A program made the translations under genes and the position numbers. The notes beneath the pieces are model-generated. The model saw nothing but the letters and a program-made list of their open reading frames with translations, made no database searches and had not been told where the DNA came from. Shown here piece by piece: positions 31,221 to 41,184 of a DNA stretch of 64,000 bases (within the stretch, counting starts at the first letter, position 1; each line of letters starts with the position of its first letter). Source of the DNA: Waterburya sp. (GTDB lineage Bacteria; Cyanobacteriota; Cyanobacteriia; Cyanobacteriales; Xenococcaceae); the NCBI GenBank assembly GCA_965217895.1, contig CBDCJV010000002.1, positions 1,728,001 through 1,792,000 on the forward strand, read 5' to 3'.

Positions 31221-32426
31221 GTGAATCGCAAAGGCAAAAAGTCTCCTCTTGCCAGAGTAAAAGCCAGCAAATCTAACTTAAAACAACCAGAAAAATCGGT
31301 CATACCTCCAAAGCAAACAAAGCCGAAAGCCAAAGGAGTTGCTGCCAAAAATCCCCGACTCAAAAATAAGTTGGAAGCTTCAAAAAATAAACTTTTGTCT
31401 AATAGCCCTGGCAAAAATAAACGCTTTCAGCAGCAGAAAAAATCGCGATCGCCTTTGTGGCTAGCTGCTTATGCGGTAGCTATCACTGTCGGACTGAGTA
31501 CAATCTTGGGAACAACTATTTCCTTGGCCAACTCTTTTCAGGATTCTGTTGCTGCTAATAATTCGCCTACCGCCAGTAAAGTATCAGCCAATTCTCAAAA
31601 CAAAGTTAAGTTAGAAAAGTTATTTGCGATCGCCTCTTTAGGTAAAGAAATAAGCCCTCTCAAGCTAAAGTTAGAGAATTTGGCACAACAATATCCTGAG
31701 TTAAAACCTGAATTTTTTTTAGTCGATCTTGACACCAAAGGATTTGTCAGTATTGAGGGTGACAAGAGCATTTCTTCAGCTAGTACGATTAAGCTGCCTA
31801 TTGTAGTTGCTTTTTTACAAGATGTTGATCAGGGAAAAATTAGCTTAGATGAACAGTTAACCATGACCAAAGACGTAATTGGTGATGGCTCTGGGAATAT
31901 GCGCTATGAAAAGCCTGGTAGTAAGTTTTCTGCTTTAGAAACTGTTATTAAGATGATGACTATTAGTGATAATACCGCCACAAATATGCTTATTAAACGT
32001 TTGGGAGGAATGGAAGCGTTAAACCAGCGATTTGCCAAAATGAAATTGACCCAAACCAGATTACGTAACCCACTGCCAGATTTAACAGGGACTAACACCA
32101 CCTCCGCAGAAGATCTAGGTAATTTATTAGCTGAAATAGATAGTGGTGATTTGCTTTCATTAAGAGCGCGCGATCGCTTGATACACATTATGGGCAATAT
32201 AGCAAATGATAGCTTACTACCTCAAGGTCTAGAACCAGAAGCACTTATTGCTCACAAAACAGGAGATATTAAATCGGTATTAGCCGATGTAGGCATGATT
32301 GATATGCCCAGCGGCAAACGTTATATTGCCTCTATATTTGTCAAGCGACCTGATAATTCTTCTCAGGCACGAGAGTTAATTCAAGAAGTGTCTCGCCAAA
32401 CTTATCAGTATTTTCAGCATCCTTAA
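31221..32426 (+). CDS. Serine hydrolase, class A beta-lactamase-like (PBP-A type), membrane anchored
   Basis: SxxK (STIK), SDN, HKTG; Lys-rich N-terminus then TM; GTG 31221 is the likely start. Confidence 0.88.
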   Translation: MNRKGKKSPLARVKASKSNLKQPEKSVIPPKQTKPKAKGVAAKNPRLKNKLEASKNKLLSNSPGKNKRFQQQKKSRSPLWLAAYAVAITVGLSTILGTTISLANSFQDSVAANNSPTASKVSANSQNKVKLEKLFAIASLGKEISPLKLKLENLAQQYPELKPEFFLVDLDTKGFVSIEGDKSISSASTIKLPIVVAFLQDVDQGKISLDEQLTMTKDVIGDGSGNMRYEKPGSKFSALETVIKMMTISDNTATNMLIKRLGGMEALNQRFAKMKLTQTRLRNPLPDLTGTNTTSAEDLGNLLAEIDSGDLLSLRARDRLIHIMGNIANDSLLPQGLEPEALIAHKTGDIKSVLADVGMIDMPSGKRYIASIFVKRPDNSSQARELIQEVSRQTYQYFQHP

Positions 32427-32478
32427 AATCGCTTCGCGGTCGGCTTTAAGCTTTAAGTATCAGTAGTTGACCAAAATC

Positions 32479-32742
32479 TCAATTGAAAATTCGTCTGCTT
32501 TTTAGCCTCCAACAGTCATCGAGCCAATCGATTAGTTCACTACGAGATGCAGTTGATTGTTTGACCACACAGCAAAGTTGCGCGATCGCATTGGGATTAT
32601 CGAGTTCTACTTCTAAAGGTTGATTAGTTGAACATCTACAGGGACTTTCGAGCTGCTGTAAACGATAATATATGCTCCATCGTTCAGTGTGCTTGATGCC
32701 AACAGGATGAATGATTGGTTGAGAAGATGGACTCGATTTTAT
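32479..32742 (-). CDS. Asr1405/Asl0597-family protein lacking a canonical start (ATA)
   Basis: Open 88-codon frame ..ERWSIYYRLQQLESPCRCSTNQPLEVEL..SRSELIDWLDDCW; in-frame TAA TAA shortly upstream. Confidence 0.7.
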   Translation of the reverse strand: MKSSPSSQPIIHPVGIKHTERWSIYYRLQQLESPCRCSTNQPLEVELDNPNAIAQLCCVVKQSTASRSELIDWLDDCWRLKSRRIFN

Positions 32743-33165
32743 GTTTTCACTTAAAGAGAATAATTATTAATTTATTTTTTATTTAATGCCAGCTTTCAAG
32801 TATGTAGTCGAAAACTCCAAGTATTTCTACAGAAGCTTTGTTAGCCTGCCTTTCCCAAATCTAATATACAGCTTAATGCTAATAGATTGCAATAGGTGTG
32901 ATTAGTATCACTCATAATGAAGTTCATAATCACTTTTGATTACTATTTATTAAATTGTTTATTGAAAAACCATATTATTATTCAAAGCCATAGATCACCA
33001 TGCTTTGATCTTGAATAATAGTTTGTATTCCATAATAGACAAGTCTTATGGTGATTTTTTATTTAAAATTTATCACGATAATTTAGCAAGTTTAAATTTG
33101 CAATAAACTTTTCATGCTAAATTGAGATTATCAATAAAACTAACCTTAATGAGAGAGTAAGAATT

Positions 33166-33729
33166 ATGTCTACTACCACAAATTTATTACGTCCGTTTGG
33201 TCACGTAGAAGATAATCCAGTATTGCTAGATAAAAGCGTCACTACGCCAGTATGTGAAGGTTTTAATGCTGTGTTGTCTAGCTTTCAAGGCTTATACTTG
33301 CAATATCAAAAACATCATTTCGTAGTTGAAGGTTCAGAATACTATTCACTACATGAGTTTTTCAACGAAAGCTATGAAGAAGTACAGGGACACATTCATG
33401 ACATTGGCGAACGTCAAAACGGCTTAGGCGGTATTCCTGCTGCTAGCTTTAGTAAGCTAGCTGAGTTATGCTGCTTCGAGCAAGAAGAGGATGGTATTTT
33501 TGGCGAACGTCAGATGGTAGAACACGATCTCGCAGCAGAACAAGCAATTATTAAACTGCTACGTCAGCAAGCATCACAAGCAGAAAGTTTAGGCGATCGC
33601 GCTACTCGCTATTTATACGAGCAGATTTTACTCAAAACTGAAGAAAGAGCATATCACTTACACCACTTCCTAGTCCACGATAGTTTGACCCTGGCTTTTG
33701 TTGGTAATAATGCCAATGGTTCTAAATAG
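33166..33729 (+). CDS. dps: Dps family ferritin-like DNA-protection protein
   Basis: [24 protein letters not shown]; cyanobacterial DpsA type. Confidence 0.93.
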   Translation: MSTTTNLLRPFGHVEDNPVLLDKSVTTPVCEGFNAVLSSFQGLYLQYQKHHFVVEGSEYYSLHEFFNESYEEVQGHIHDIGERQNGLGGIPAASFSKLAELCCFEQEEDGIFGERQMVEHDLAAEQAIIKLLRQQASQAESLGDRATRYLYEQILLKTEERAYHLHHFLVHDSLTLAFVGNNANGSK

Positions 33730-33812
33730 TCTCGGCAATAATGTTAATTTCTGTACCATTTTTGCGTAGCTGGTTAATTACCCAACGTCTGCTACTGTGA
33801 GTTGAAGTACAA

Positions 33813-33842
33813 GCGTAGATTAATTGCTTTTGTAATCTACGC
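33813..33842. terminator. Hairpin between convergent dps and GAF gene
   Basis: GCGTAGATTA...TAATCTACGC. Confidence 0.5.
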
Positions 33843-33930
33843 AAGAAAAGTCTATTAAAAGCTAATAACTAATGACTACGAACGGTATTGCTAACGGTTT
33901 CACACCTGAAATCATCAACGCCGTAATAGA

Positions 33931-35397
33931 TTACGGCTGATTAACAGACTCTTCTAATAGCTTGACAGTTTTATTATCAGCTAGGCCGATCAATGCCTCA
34001 TCCAAGAGATTATCTGCTTCACTTTTGCCCTGATTAATGGCGACGAGAGAAGATTTAAATTTATAGGTAATTACTGCTAATTTTTTGATCATGATTTGAA
34101 TCATTTTTGTATCCTTTTTAGTTTGTAAAGAGCCATTTTGATTGATTAAATTAATTTCTCTATCCAGCAGTTTATTGAGATTATTAACTTCAATTAAAAT
34201 CTGGCTAGTATTTTGAAGAGGTTCTTTTATTTGCTGAATTTTTGATTGTGCCAAATTAACGATATTTTTTAGATTATCTAATTTATTAATTTCACCCTCT
34301 ACTACTTGAGATTGCTCTTTCAATCTGGCTTTAGATAAAGACAAGCCTGTATGCAAAGCAATATCTTTAAAATAGGTAATTTCGCTCTTTTGCCAATCTT
34401 TAAAACTAAAGCACTGATGAGCGACTAATAAACCATATATTTTGCCGTCATCCCAATTGATTGGTGCTATGAGATTCGATCTCACACCAATTTTGGCCAA
34501 ATTCTCTATATAGCAAGAAGTCATTCCTGCTTCATAAATATTGGGAATTGCACGAATTCTTCCCTGCTCGTATTGATCTATGTAGCGATACTCAAAACAG
34601 GGATCTTTAATTACACTGCCCAAAATTGTAGCCAAAGCTGGAATAGCTGCTTCAGCTACAATTTCTCCCAGACTCTGATCTTGTAAGCAATAAACTACAA
34701 CCCGATCGCAATTTAAGATTGATTTAGCTTTGTCTACTCCCAACTGCAAGACTTCCTTAAAGGTTACCGCAGCATGAATTTCTTGAGTGATGCTATTAAT
34801 TAACTGCTGTGCCTGCTGAGTATTTTCTAATTGATTGGTTAAGTTGATACGGGCTTTTAGCAGCGACAATTGTTCCATTGTCCAATTTGCCATTTCCAGA
34901 ATAAATTCCACCTCAGACTGCATCCATTGTCGAGTTTGAGAGCATTGGTGCATTACCAGCAACCCGTATAAAGCAAAATCTTGATCGATTAAGGGAATGA
35001 CTAAATTAGATTTAACATCAATTGCTTTTAAGGATTCTAAATGACAGGGAGCCATCCCTGAATTGTTGACATCACCAATAGCTATAATTCGACCTTTTTG
35101 ATACTTTTCAATATATCCTTCTTCAAAACAAACATCTCTAATTACTCTGTTTAAGATTTGGGCATAGCCAGGAGTAACAGCTTCGGCGGTGATTTTACAG
35201 AATGAATTTGGCTGCATACCGTAAACCACAACCCGATCGCATTTCAAGGCTTGGTGTATAATTGCCACACTAGCTTGAAGTATTTTTTCTTCTGTATCGT
35301 TATTACGTAATTTCTTTAAAATTTCAGTGGATAATGTATTTAACTGTTTGCCATTTGAGGAAATTGCCGAAAGTGACATTGATGGCTGCATATTCAT
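33931..35397 (-). CDS. Two-GAF cyanobacteriochrome-like protein with coiled-coil C-terminus
   Basis: GAF1 DVCF + CH, GAF2 DPCF + CY; CDRVVVY and GLLVAHQC motifs. Confidence 0.85.
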   Translation of the reverse strand: MNMQPSMSLSAISSNGKQLNTLSTEILKKLRNNDTEEKILQASVAIIHQALKCDRVVVYGMQPNSFCKITAEAVTPGYAQILNRVIRDVCFEEGYIEKYQKGRIIAIGDVNNSGMAPCHLESLKAIDVKSNLVIPLIDQDFALYGLLVMHQCSQTRQWMQSEVEFILEMANWTMEQLSLLKARINLTNQLENTQQAQQLINSITQEIHAAVTFKEVLQLGVDKAKSILNCDRVVVYCLQDQSLGEIVAEAAIPALATILGSVIKDPCFEYRYIDQYEQGRIRAIPNIYEAGMTSCYIENLAKIGVRSNLIAPINWDDGKIYGLLVAHQCFSFKDWQKSEITYFKDIALHTGLSLSKARLKEQSQVVEGEINKLDNLKNIVNLAQSKIQQIKEPLQNTSQILIEVNNLNKLLDREINLINQNGSLQTKKDTKMIQIMIKKLAVITYKFKSSLVAINQGKSEADNLLDEALIGLADNKTVKLLEESVNQP

Positions 35398-35719
35398 AGC
35401 TAAATAATATGTTTGTATTAATAGTTTGACAATATAATTTTTTAGGGCGTAACGTTTGAAATTAGAAATTATAAATTTACTAAATTCTCAATGGTCTTAA
35501 TAGATAGATGAGTATTGTTATCTATGTATAATTACAGAAGATTTTAGCGTATTCAAGTAATTTATGTTTTTTAATCAGATTTGAATACAGACTAGAAACG
35601 CTTAAAATTAGCGGTCTTTGAGAATTAGGAAAAAAATATTATTTATAATAGAGACAGAGAAAAGTAATAAATAAGGAAGCGTTTTGATTGACTATGTTTA
35701 GGTAATTAGTAATCAATCT

Positions 35720-36490
35720 TTAATCGGTGCTTTGTATGAAAGACTTTATCAATTGAACAAACTCTAAAGTCTGTTCAAAATGAACATTATGACCACTATT
35801 TTTGACAATTTCTAGCTTAGAAAAGCGACATAAAAGGTCAATTTGTTGATTAATAGCTATAAACTTTCGATCTAACTCACCCACTACAAGCAGCATCGGT
35901 ATATGGGCTTCTGGTAAATGATTCCAAAGAGACGGTTGCTTACCCAAACCTCCATGAAGTAGAGACTTAGCTAGTTTAAAAGGATTATTATCCAATCTTC
36001 TGGCAATCGCCTGTTGATAATTCGGATGCAAAGTAAAAGAAGTAAATAATGTATTACTATACCACTGCTGTAGAAATAAAGTAAAGTCTTGATATCTAAG
36101 TTTTTCTATTAAGTTAAAATCTTGTTTAATGCGTAATTCTCGCTCTGCTTGAGTTCGCAAACCTGGAGAAGCAGATTCTAAAATAACTCCTTTAAAATAA
36201 TGAGAAAAGTAAATAGCCAAATATAAGGCAATTCTACCTCCCATTGAATAGCCTACTAAAAAACAAGACTTTATTTTCAAAGTTTTTAAGAGTTGAATCA
36301 ATGCTTGGCAAATATTAGGTATTTGATAGTTATCATCTTGCCTAACTTTAGTTTTACCATGACCAGGTAAATCAACTACAAGACAATAAAACTGTGAGGA
36401 AATTAAACCAATTACTTCTAGAAAATCATTGCTATTCCCCATAAAACCATGAAGAAATAAAATAATTGGTTTTTGACGATCGCCAATCAA
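35720..36490 (-). CDS. menH: SHCHC synthase (alpha/beta hydrolase)
   Basis: FLHGFMG, GYSMGGR, ESASPGL, GHNVH; true start uncertain (no ATG upstream in frame). Confidence 0.9.
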   Translation of the reverse strand: MIGDRQKPIILFLHGFMGNSNDFLEVIGLISSQFYCLVVDLPGHGKTKVRQDDNYQIPNICQALIQLLKTLKIKSCFLVGYSMGGRIALYLAIYFSHYFKGVILESASPGLRTQAERELRIKQDFNLIEKLRYQDFTLFLQQWYSNTLFTSFTLHPNYQQAIARRLDNNPFKLAKSLLHGGLGKQPSLWNHLPEAHIPMLLVVGELDRKFIAINQQIDLLCRFSKLEIVKNSGHNVHFEQTLEFVQLIKSFIQSTD

Positions 36491-36707
36491 AGAATAGTTA
36501 AACTGATAATCTTGCTTGTATTTACTATTAATAGTGCAATTTTATTTTTATACTTTGATAAACTCTATGCAGATATTTAAACATATTATAAATGTTTATC
36601 ACAACAAAACCCACTCAAGATTGCAAATTAATATTTCACTTAACTGACTAATTTGAAGCCTTTAGATTATAATTTATCTGATATATCATCAATACAAGTT
36701 GGAAATT

Positions 36708-36911
36708 ATGGGTAGAAAAGCTAAACTAAAAAAAATGCGGAAACAGAAAACTACCGCCAAGTCTAATCAAAAATATAATCAAACTCAGTTTGTTCAACAG
36801 TTTGCCAAAATGGGTTATCAATTAAGAATCGATCCCCAGCTACAGCCAGAAACCAATAGAGGAAATATATCTCCCGAAATTCCTCAAGCAAAAATTGAAC
36901 CCAAGCTTTAG
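36708..36911 (+). CDS. Small basic hypothetical protein
   Basis: MGRKAKLKKMRK... ORF in an intergenic gap. Confidence 0.6.
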   Translation: MGRKAKLKKMRKQKTTAKSNQKYNQTQFVQQFAKMGYQLRIDPQLQPETNRGNISPEIPQAKIEPKL

Positions 36912-36927
36912 GCAATGTTATCTAAAG

Positions 36928-37137
36928 CTAAAGCAAAATATTATGGAGGGCTTTACGACTTAATTCCCAACTAGCTATAGGTAAGACAATTGGCCAGAAA
37001 AGAGGAGTAATTAATAAAAAAGCCCAGGATGTCAAATCATTTTTTGGCGTACTTTGGTCATAAAAGAAAAGCATTGACCAATAAACAAAAACCATAAGTG
37101 TAATTGTCCAGTACCAAGTAAAGATATTATTTGACAT
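36928..37137 (-). CDS. Small membrane protein
   Basis: Two hydrophobic segments around DQSTPKNDLTSW; LFWPIVLP. Confidence 0.7.
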   Translation of the reverse strand: MSNNIFTWYWTITLMVFVYWSMLFFYDQSTPKNDLTSWAFLLITPLFWPIVLPIASWELSRKALHNILL

Positions 37138-37234
37138 TTTTTAAAAAGCTTAAGCAACTACTTTATGCTTAAATTGTTATTGATAAGAATCAAATTTGTA
37201 AGCCGTAAGAACACTTAAATAGAATTAAGAATAA

Positions 37235-38017
37235 TTAAGAAGCTAAGTGATTTTGGCACACGAGTTTTAGACCTTGAAAAACTAAATTGCGCTCGACTAT
37301 TATCTGTGGAGAAAGCTGAAGAAGTTGCAGACGCAAATATCGAAATAGCAACTCACCATCTCCTCCAGTAAAAATTACTTGATGATCACAAAATTGTCGC
37401 TGCCAATCAGCAATATAACTACTAATACTAGAGATCGTTGTATAAATAACCCCGCTAGCGATCGCTTCTTCGGTATTTAATGCCCAACGTTGAGGTAGAA
37501 TATGAGGAAGTTCTATCTCTGGTAAAGCGGTTTTTTGCTTGAGGCTGGTAAGCTGCGATCGCAATCCAGGTAAGATTGCACCTCCTATAAGCTTTTTTTG
37601 TCGATCTACTCCTGTAAAAGTTAAAGCCGTGCCTCCATCTATTACCAGACAGGCTTTATTATAAGTTTCTACTGCGCCCCAAACTGCTAAAGCGCGATCG
37701 ATTCCCATAGTGGGATAAATATTTTCTAATTCAATATCTTCTAGAGTTACTATTTTTAAATAAGCATAATTTTGCCAGAGTTTCGTTTGTCCTGAGACAA
37801 CTGAAGCTAGATAAACTGGTATTTGCGTAAGCTGTTTTTCGAGTAGTTTGCTAGCTAAAAATTGCTGAGGTAACTGATTGGGTTTGATTGCGACTGATAA
37901 ATGTTGTGTATGCCAAGTTTTAATTAAAATATCGTGCTGAAACCATGCCCAATGCAGCCTGGAATTACCAACAGCTAACCCTAACCAATTATCAAAGCTT
38001 GTAAACTTATTATTCAC
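37235..38017 (-). CDS. coaX: Type III pantothenate kinase
   Basis: GNSRLHW, MGIDR, VIDGGTALT, GGAILPG, TGGDG. Confidence 0.93.
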   Translation of the reverse strand: MNNKFTSFDNWLGLAVGNSRLHWAWFQHDILIKTWHTQHLSVAIKPNQLPQQFLASKLLEKQLTQIPVYLASVVSGQTKLWQNYAYLKIVTLEDIELENIYPTMGIDRALAVWGAVETYNKACLVIDGGTALTFTGVDRQKKLIGGAILPGLRSQLTSLKQKTALPEIELPHILPQRWALNTEEAIASGVIYTTISSISSYIADWQRQFCDHQVIFTGGDGELLFRYLRLQLLQLSPQIIVERNLVFQGLKLVCQNHLAS

Positions 38018-38041
38018 TTGTGTTCAAAACTACCCGTAGAT

Positions 38042-39163
38042 TTACTGAGAATTAATTTTCTGCCACTTCTGTATCCAGGAAATTAACTGTGCATCACTAA
38101 TTTTCTGATTAGCGTTTCTAGTTTGCAATAATTGCCTCAAATCTGCTGCCGATTCTTTTTTCTGTTGTTGACAAGCAGTAATTAAAGTATTGTCGTCAAC
38201 TAGAGATTTTCCTAAGCCGAGAGATGTTTGCAGTTTTCTTTGTTCATCTTTGGCAATAGTATCTATAATAAAATCTGTACTGTTAGCTTTTTCTAATACT
38301 CCTGCTAAAGCATCAATATAAGCTGTACTATTATCTACTATCACAGTTTTAGAGATAATTGGTATACCAAAGCGACGAAAAGCAGCAGCACTAGCAACAC
38401 TACCGATAACTATCATTTGTATAAACAATAGATATAAAGGAGTTTTTGCAAGATAGCTTAGAACGTCTTCTCTTTGCTCCTCAACAAGAGTTTGGCGATC
38501 TTTATAGCCATGAATATATTCGTCTATCCAGATAGCTCGATTCTGGCTTACTAACTCTGCCAGAAATTCATAATTACCAGCAGAATTTTGATAGGCGTTA
38601 GCTGCCAAATAAGGAGTGGTGCTATAGATAACTTTGCCTTTACCGAGTTTTTTTGACCAGACAATTGCCCCATAGCGATCGCTCAGTAAGCTAGGATTTT
38701 GGCTGGGAAATATGTAACGGCGAGTAGTTTCAATTTCGATCTGACGACTGGATAAAGGTCGATCTCGATAGGGTATAAAGCTTTTAAAAGGTGCTGCGGT
38801 GGCTGGTAGATTAACTCCTAAAATTACCAGGGTATTGCCTTGTTCTACCCAGCTAGACTCATCTTTAGCTAAGTCTAGGGTGCTAGACAGAAAATCAGCT
38901 TGACTGTGGATTTTAATATAGGTAATTCCCTGATGATTGTCTTTAATAAATTGGGCAAAAGGCTTTTGCCAACGTTTAATTGGTATTTCCCTTTTTGACA
39001 TATACTCATACCATGCACCATAACCATCAGGAGCGCGTCCGTAGCTTGAGCCACTGTTGTTTTTACTGCCGTTGCTATTAGGTGCAGCAATTAAGGTTAA
39101 AATAATAATTACAGCGATCGCCATTGCTGCTAAGAGCCATTTACGTCGAGGAAAATTTGGCAT
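38042..39163 (-). CDS. DUF4350 domain membrane protein
   Basis: N-terminal TM, SSYGRAPDGYGAW, DEYIHGY, RRFG. Confidence 0.8.
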   Translation of the reverse strand: MPNFPRRKWLLAAMAIAVIIILTLIAAPNSNGSKNNSGSSYGRAPDGYGAWYEYMSKREIPIKRWQKPFAQFIKDNHQGITYIKIHSQADFLSSTLDLAKDESSWVEQGNTLVILGVNLPATAAPFKSFIPYRDRPLSSRQIEIETTRRYIFPSQNPSLLSDRYGAIVWSKKLGKGKVIYSTTPYLAANAYQNSAGNYEFLAELVSQNRAIWIDEYIHGYKDRQTLVEEQREDVLSYLAKTPLYLLFIQMIVIGSVASAAAFRRFGIPIISKTVIVDNSTAYIDALAGVLEKANSTDFIIDTIAKDEQRKLQTSLGLGKSLVDDNTLITACQQQKKESAADLRQLLQTRNANQKISDAQLISWIQKWQKINSQ

Positions 39164-39168
39164 TGGTA

Positions 39169-39780
39169 TCAGTTGGGATTAACTTCGATTTGCTTATACG
39201 CCTGCTGACATTGCTCAAACAGAGATCGATCTGCTTGTGCGCTACTAAAACATAATCTTTGATGACTAGACAGCAATAGCTCATAGGCTTGAAGGGTAGA
39301 TAGATTCTGTTCTAAAAGCGATCGCCGATATTCTTCATCGGTACGACTAGATCTTGCTGCAATAATTCCCCGCTCGTTTAGTAGCTGCAACATCGCTTGA
39401 TACAGACAAAAAATTGCTTGACGATAGTTACCTTCAATTCTGGCTGATTGCGATCGCTCCAACCAGTCTGCTCTCGAAAGCTCTAGTATATTAGTAGGTT
39501 TGTCGATGATTAAAGAGCGATTATTTTTCCTTTGCCAGCCTTTCCAGTAAGGACGCAAGCCAAGCCACAGTTGCCATGTCAGCCAAACTAATAAAATAGC
39601 CAGAAGCGACCACACACAGAATTTAACGACCTGCCAGAGTAGCTTAGATTTGAGCCATCCTAGCTCCCAGGAGTCTGTATCTAATTGAGAGGCTTTATAT
39701 TCAATCCATTCACCAATTCTGCGTTTAATTAAATCTATGCGCCAGCCTAAACCGTCTTGTTTGAATGACCCTGGGGACAT
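39169..39780 (-). CDS. DUF4129 domain membrane protein
   Basis: TM then GNYRQAIFCLY..SRTDEEY. Confidence 0.8.
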   Translation of the reverse strand: MSPGSFKQDGLGWRIDLIKRRIGEWIEYKASQLDTDSWELGWLKSKLLWQVVKFCVWSLLAILLVWLTWQLWLGLRPYWKGWQRKNNRSLIIDKPTNILELSRADWLERSQSARIEGNYRQAIFCLYQAMLQLLNERGIIAARSSRTDEEYRRSLLEQNLSTLQAYELLLSSHQRLCFSSAQADRSLFEQCQQAYKQIEVNPN

Positions 39781-40020
39781 AACAGTCTTGCATTAAACAT
39801 TGAACACTAATCATTAAACATTGATATTTCAAAATTGGGTAGTAGTTAGGGCAGACAAAATCTTGGTAGAATACTAATTCAGTATTAATTGGATGTAACT
39901 ATAACTATATCTATGCTTGGAATCACAGTTGCCTCTGGTAGATCGAGCTAGACTGGTAGATCGAGCTAGACTCAAAGCCTAAATTAATTATTAATTGTTT
40001 TCTAGGCTCGATATATATAT

Positions 40021-40806
40021 ATGCGTTTTTTTAATCAAATTAATTTACAAACTCCTGAAAGCGTTGAACTAGAATTTACTTTAGCAGGAATTGGCAATCG
40101 CTCATTTGCTTTAATAATAGACTACATAATTGTTGGGCTGAGCGTGTTACTAACTTGGGTAATTAGCTATTATTTTGCTTATCAAATCGATCCAGGATTT
40201 ATTTTTGGTTCAAATCCAGACCTACCTGCACAGTGGATTATAGCCATTCAATCTCTCGTTGCTTTTGCTATTTATGCTGGCTATTTTGTAATTTTAGAAA
40301 CTCTTTGGCAGGGACAGACTCCTGGTAAAAAATGGACAAAAATTAGAGTTATTGGCGATAATGGTAAGCCAGAAAGGTTGCCTCAAGCTATTTTACGAGC
40401 ATTACTTAGACCAGTAGATGATATCTTGTTCCTTGGCGTATTTTTTATCGTTTTTTCTCAACGAGAGAAGCGTATCGGTGATTTAGTGGCAGGGACACTT
40501 GTAGTTCAAGATGAGCAGGTATCCAAATCTGCCAATTTTGATATTTCCCCAGAAGCTCAAGATTTAGCAGTCCAACTAAGAATTGAGTCTGAGATAACTA
40601 ATTTACTGCCAGAAGACTTTGCCACCATTCGTGATTTTCTCCAGCGTCGTCAAAATATCATGTTGGAATATCAGCATAAATTAAGCCGTAAATTAGCCGA
40701 ACAGGTTAAAGAAATTATTTTGTTAGAAAAAATTCCCGAAGGTTATAGTAACAGCCAATTTTTAGAGGCGATTTATTTAGCTTATCAACAAAACAATGAT
40801 TATTAA
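40021..40806 (+). CDS. RDD family protein
   Basis: TPESVEL, AGIGNRSFALIID, GQTPGK, RIGDLVAGT. Confidence 0.92.
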   Translation: MRFFNQINLQTPESVELEFTLAGIGNRSFALIIDYIIVGLSVLLTWVISYYFAYQIDPGFIFGSNPDLPAQWIIAIQSLVAFAIYAGYFVILETLWQGQTPGKKWTKIRVIGDNGKPERLPQAILRALLRPVDDILFLGVFFIVFSQREKRIGDLVAGTLVVQDEQVSKSANFDISPEAQDLAVQLRIESEITNLLPEDFATIRDFLQRRQNIMLEYQHKLSRKLAEQVKEIILLEKIPEGYSNSQFLEAIYLAYQQNNDY

Positions 40807-40814
40807 AGGTAAGT

Positions 40815-41032
40815 TATCGCAGTACGTTGACTGGTTAGGACAGAAAAATGAACTGCTCGTAAGTAACAAGCGGTGCGACCCCCTAAAGGGTTCAGCAGTT
40901 TGCTTATGCCGGGGAACCCGTCCACCGCAACTGCTTCACCGCGTCGCCGTCAGGCGCAAGACAAAGGCTTTAGCCGCACGTACGCGCACCAAGACAGTAG
41001 CAAGTGTCCTAATATAAGTACGTATTGCTATA
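40815..41032. mobile_element. TA-bounded MITE carrying a 126-bp nested GC-rich insert (40870-40995)
   Basis: TATCGCAGTACG...CGTATTGCTATA; homologous to the inverted copy at 61296-61413. Confidence 0.85.
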
Positions 41033-41184
41033 TATCCAATCTAGATAGTTAACCCAACGAAGCATAGTGGCAGTCGTGTCTGTCTGTCTGTCCTATATAC
41101 CACGATCTAAACTGTCTTTAAATTAAATTTAACCTGAGTATTTGCAGCTTAAATCCGAGTTAAATTAATTAACAAAAAAGCGTT

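Noticed and set aside
31221..32426. Beta-lactamase as an acquired resistance gene
   Set aside because: It is a membrane-anchored cyanobacterial class-A-like serine hydrolase in a chromosomal context with host HIP1 sites; there is no sign of acquisition.
40974..40990. GCACGTACG resembling the 3' strand of group II intron domain V
   Set aside because: No matching 5' strand with catalytic triad and GNRA loop at the right spacing.
40796..41017. 73-aa ORF, and similar short ORFs at 49291-49548, 50621-50908 and 51011-51376
   Set aside because: They run through MITE or IS relic sequence and inserts, so they are spurious.
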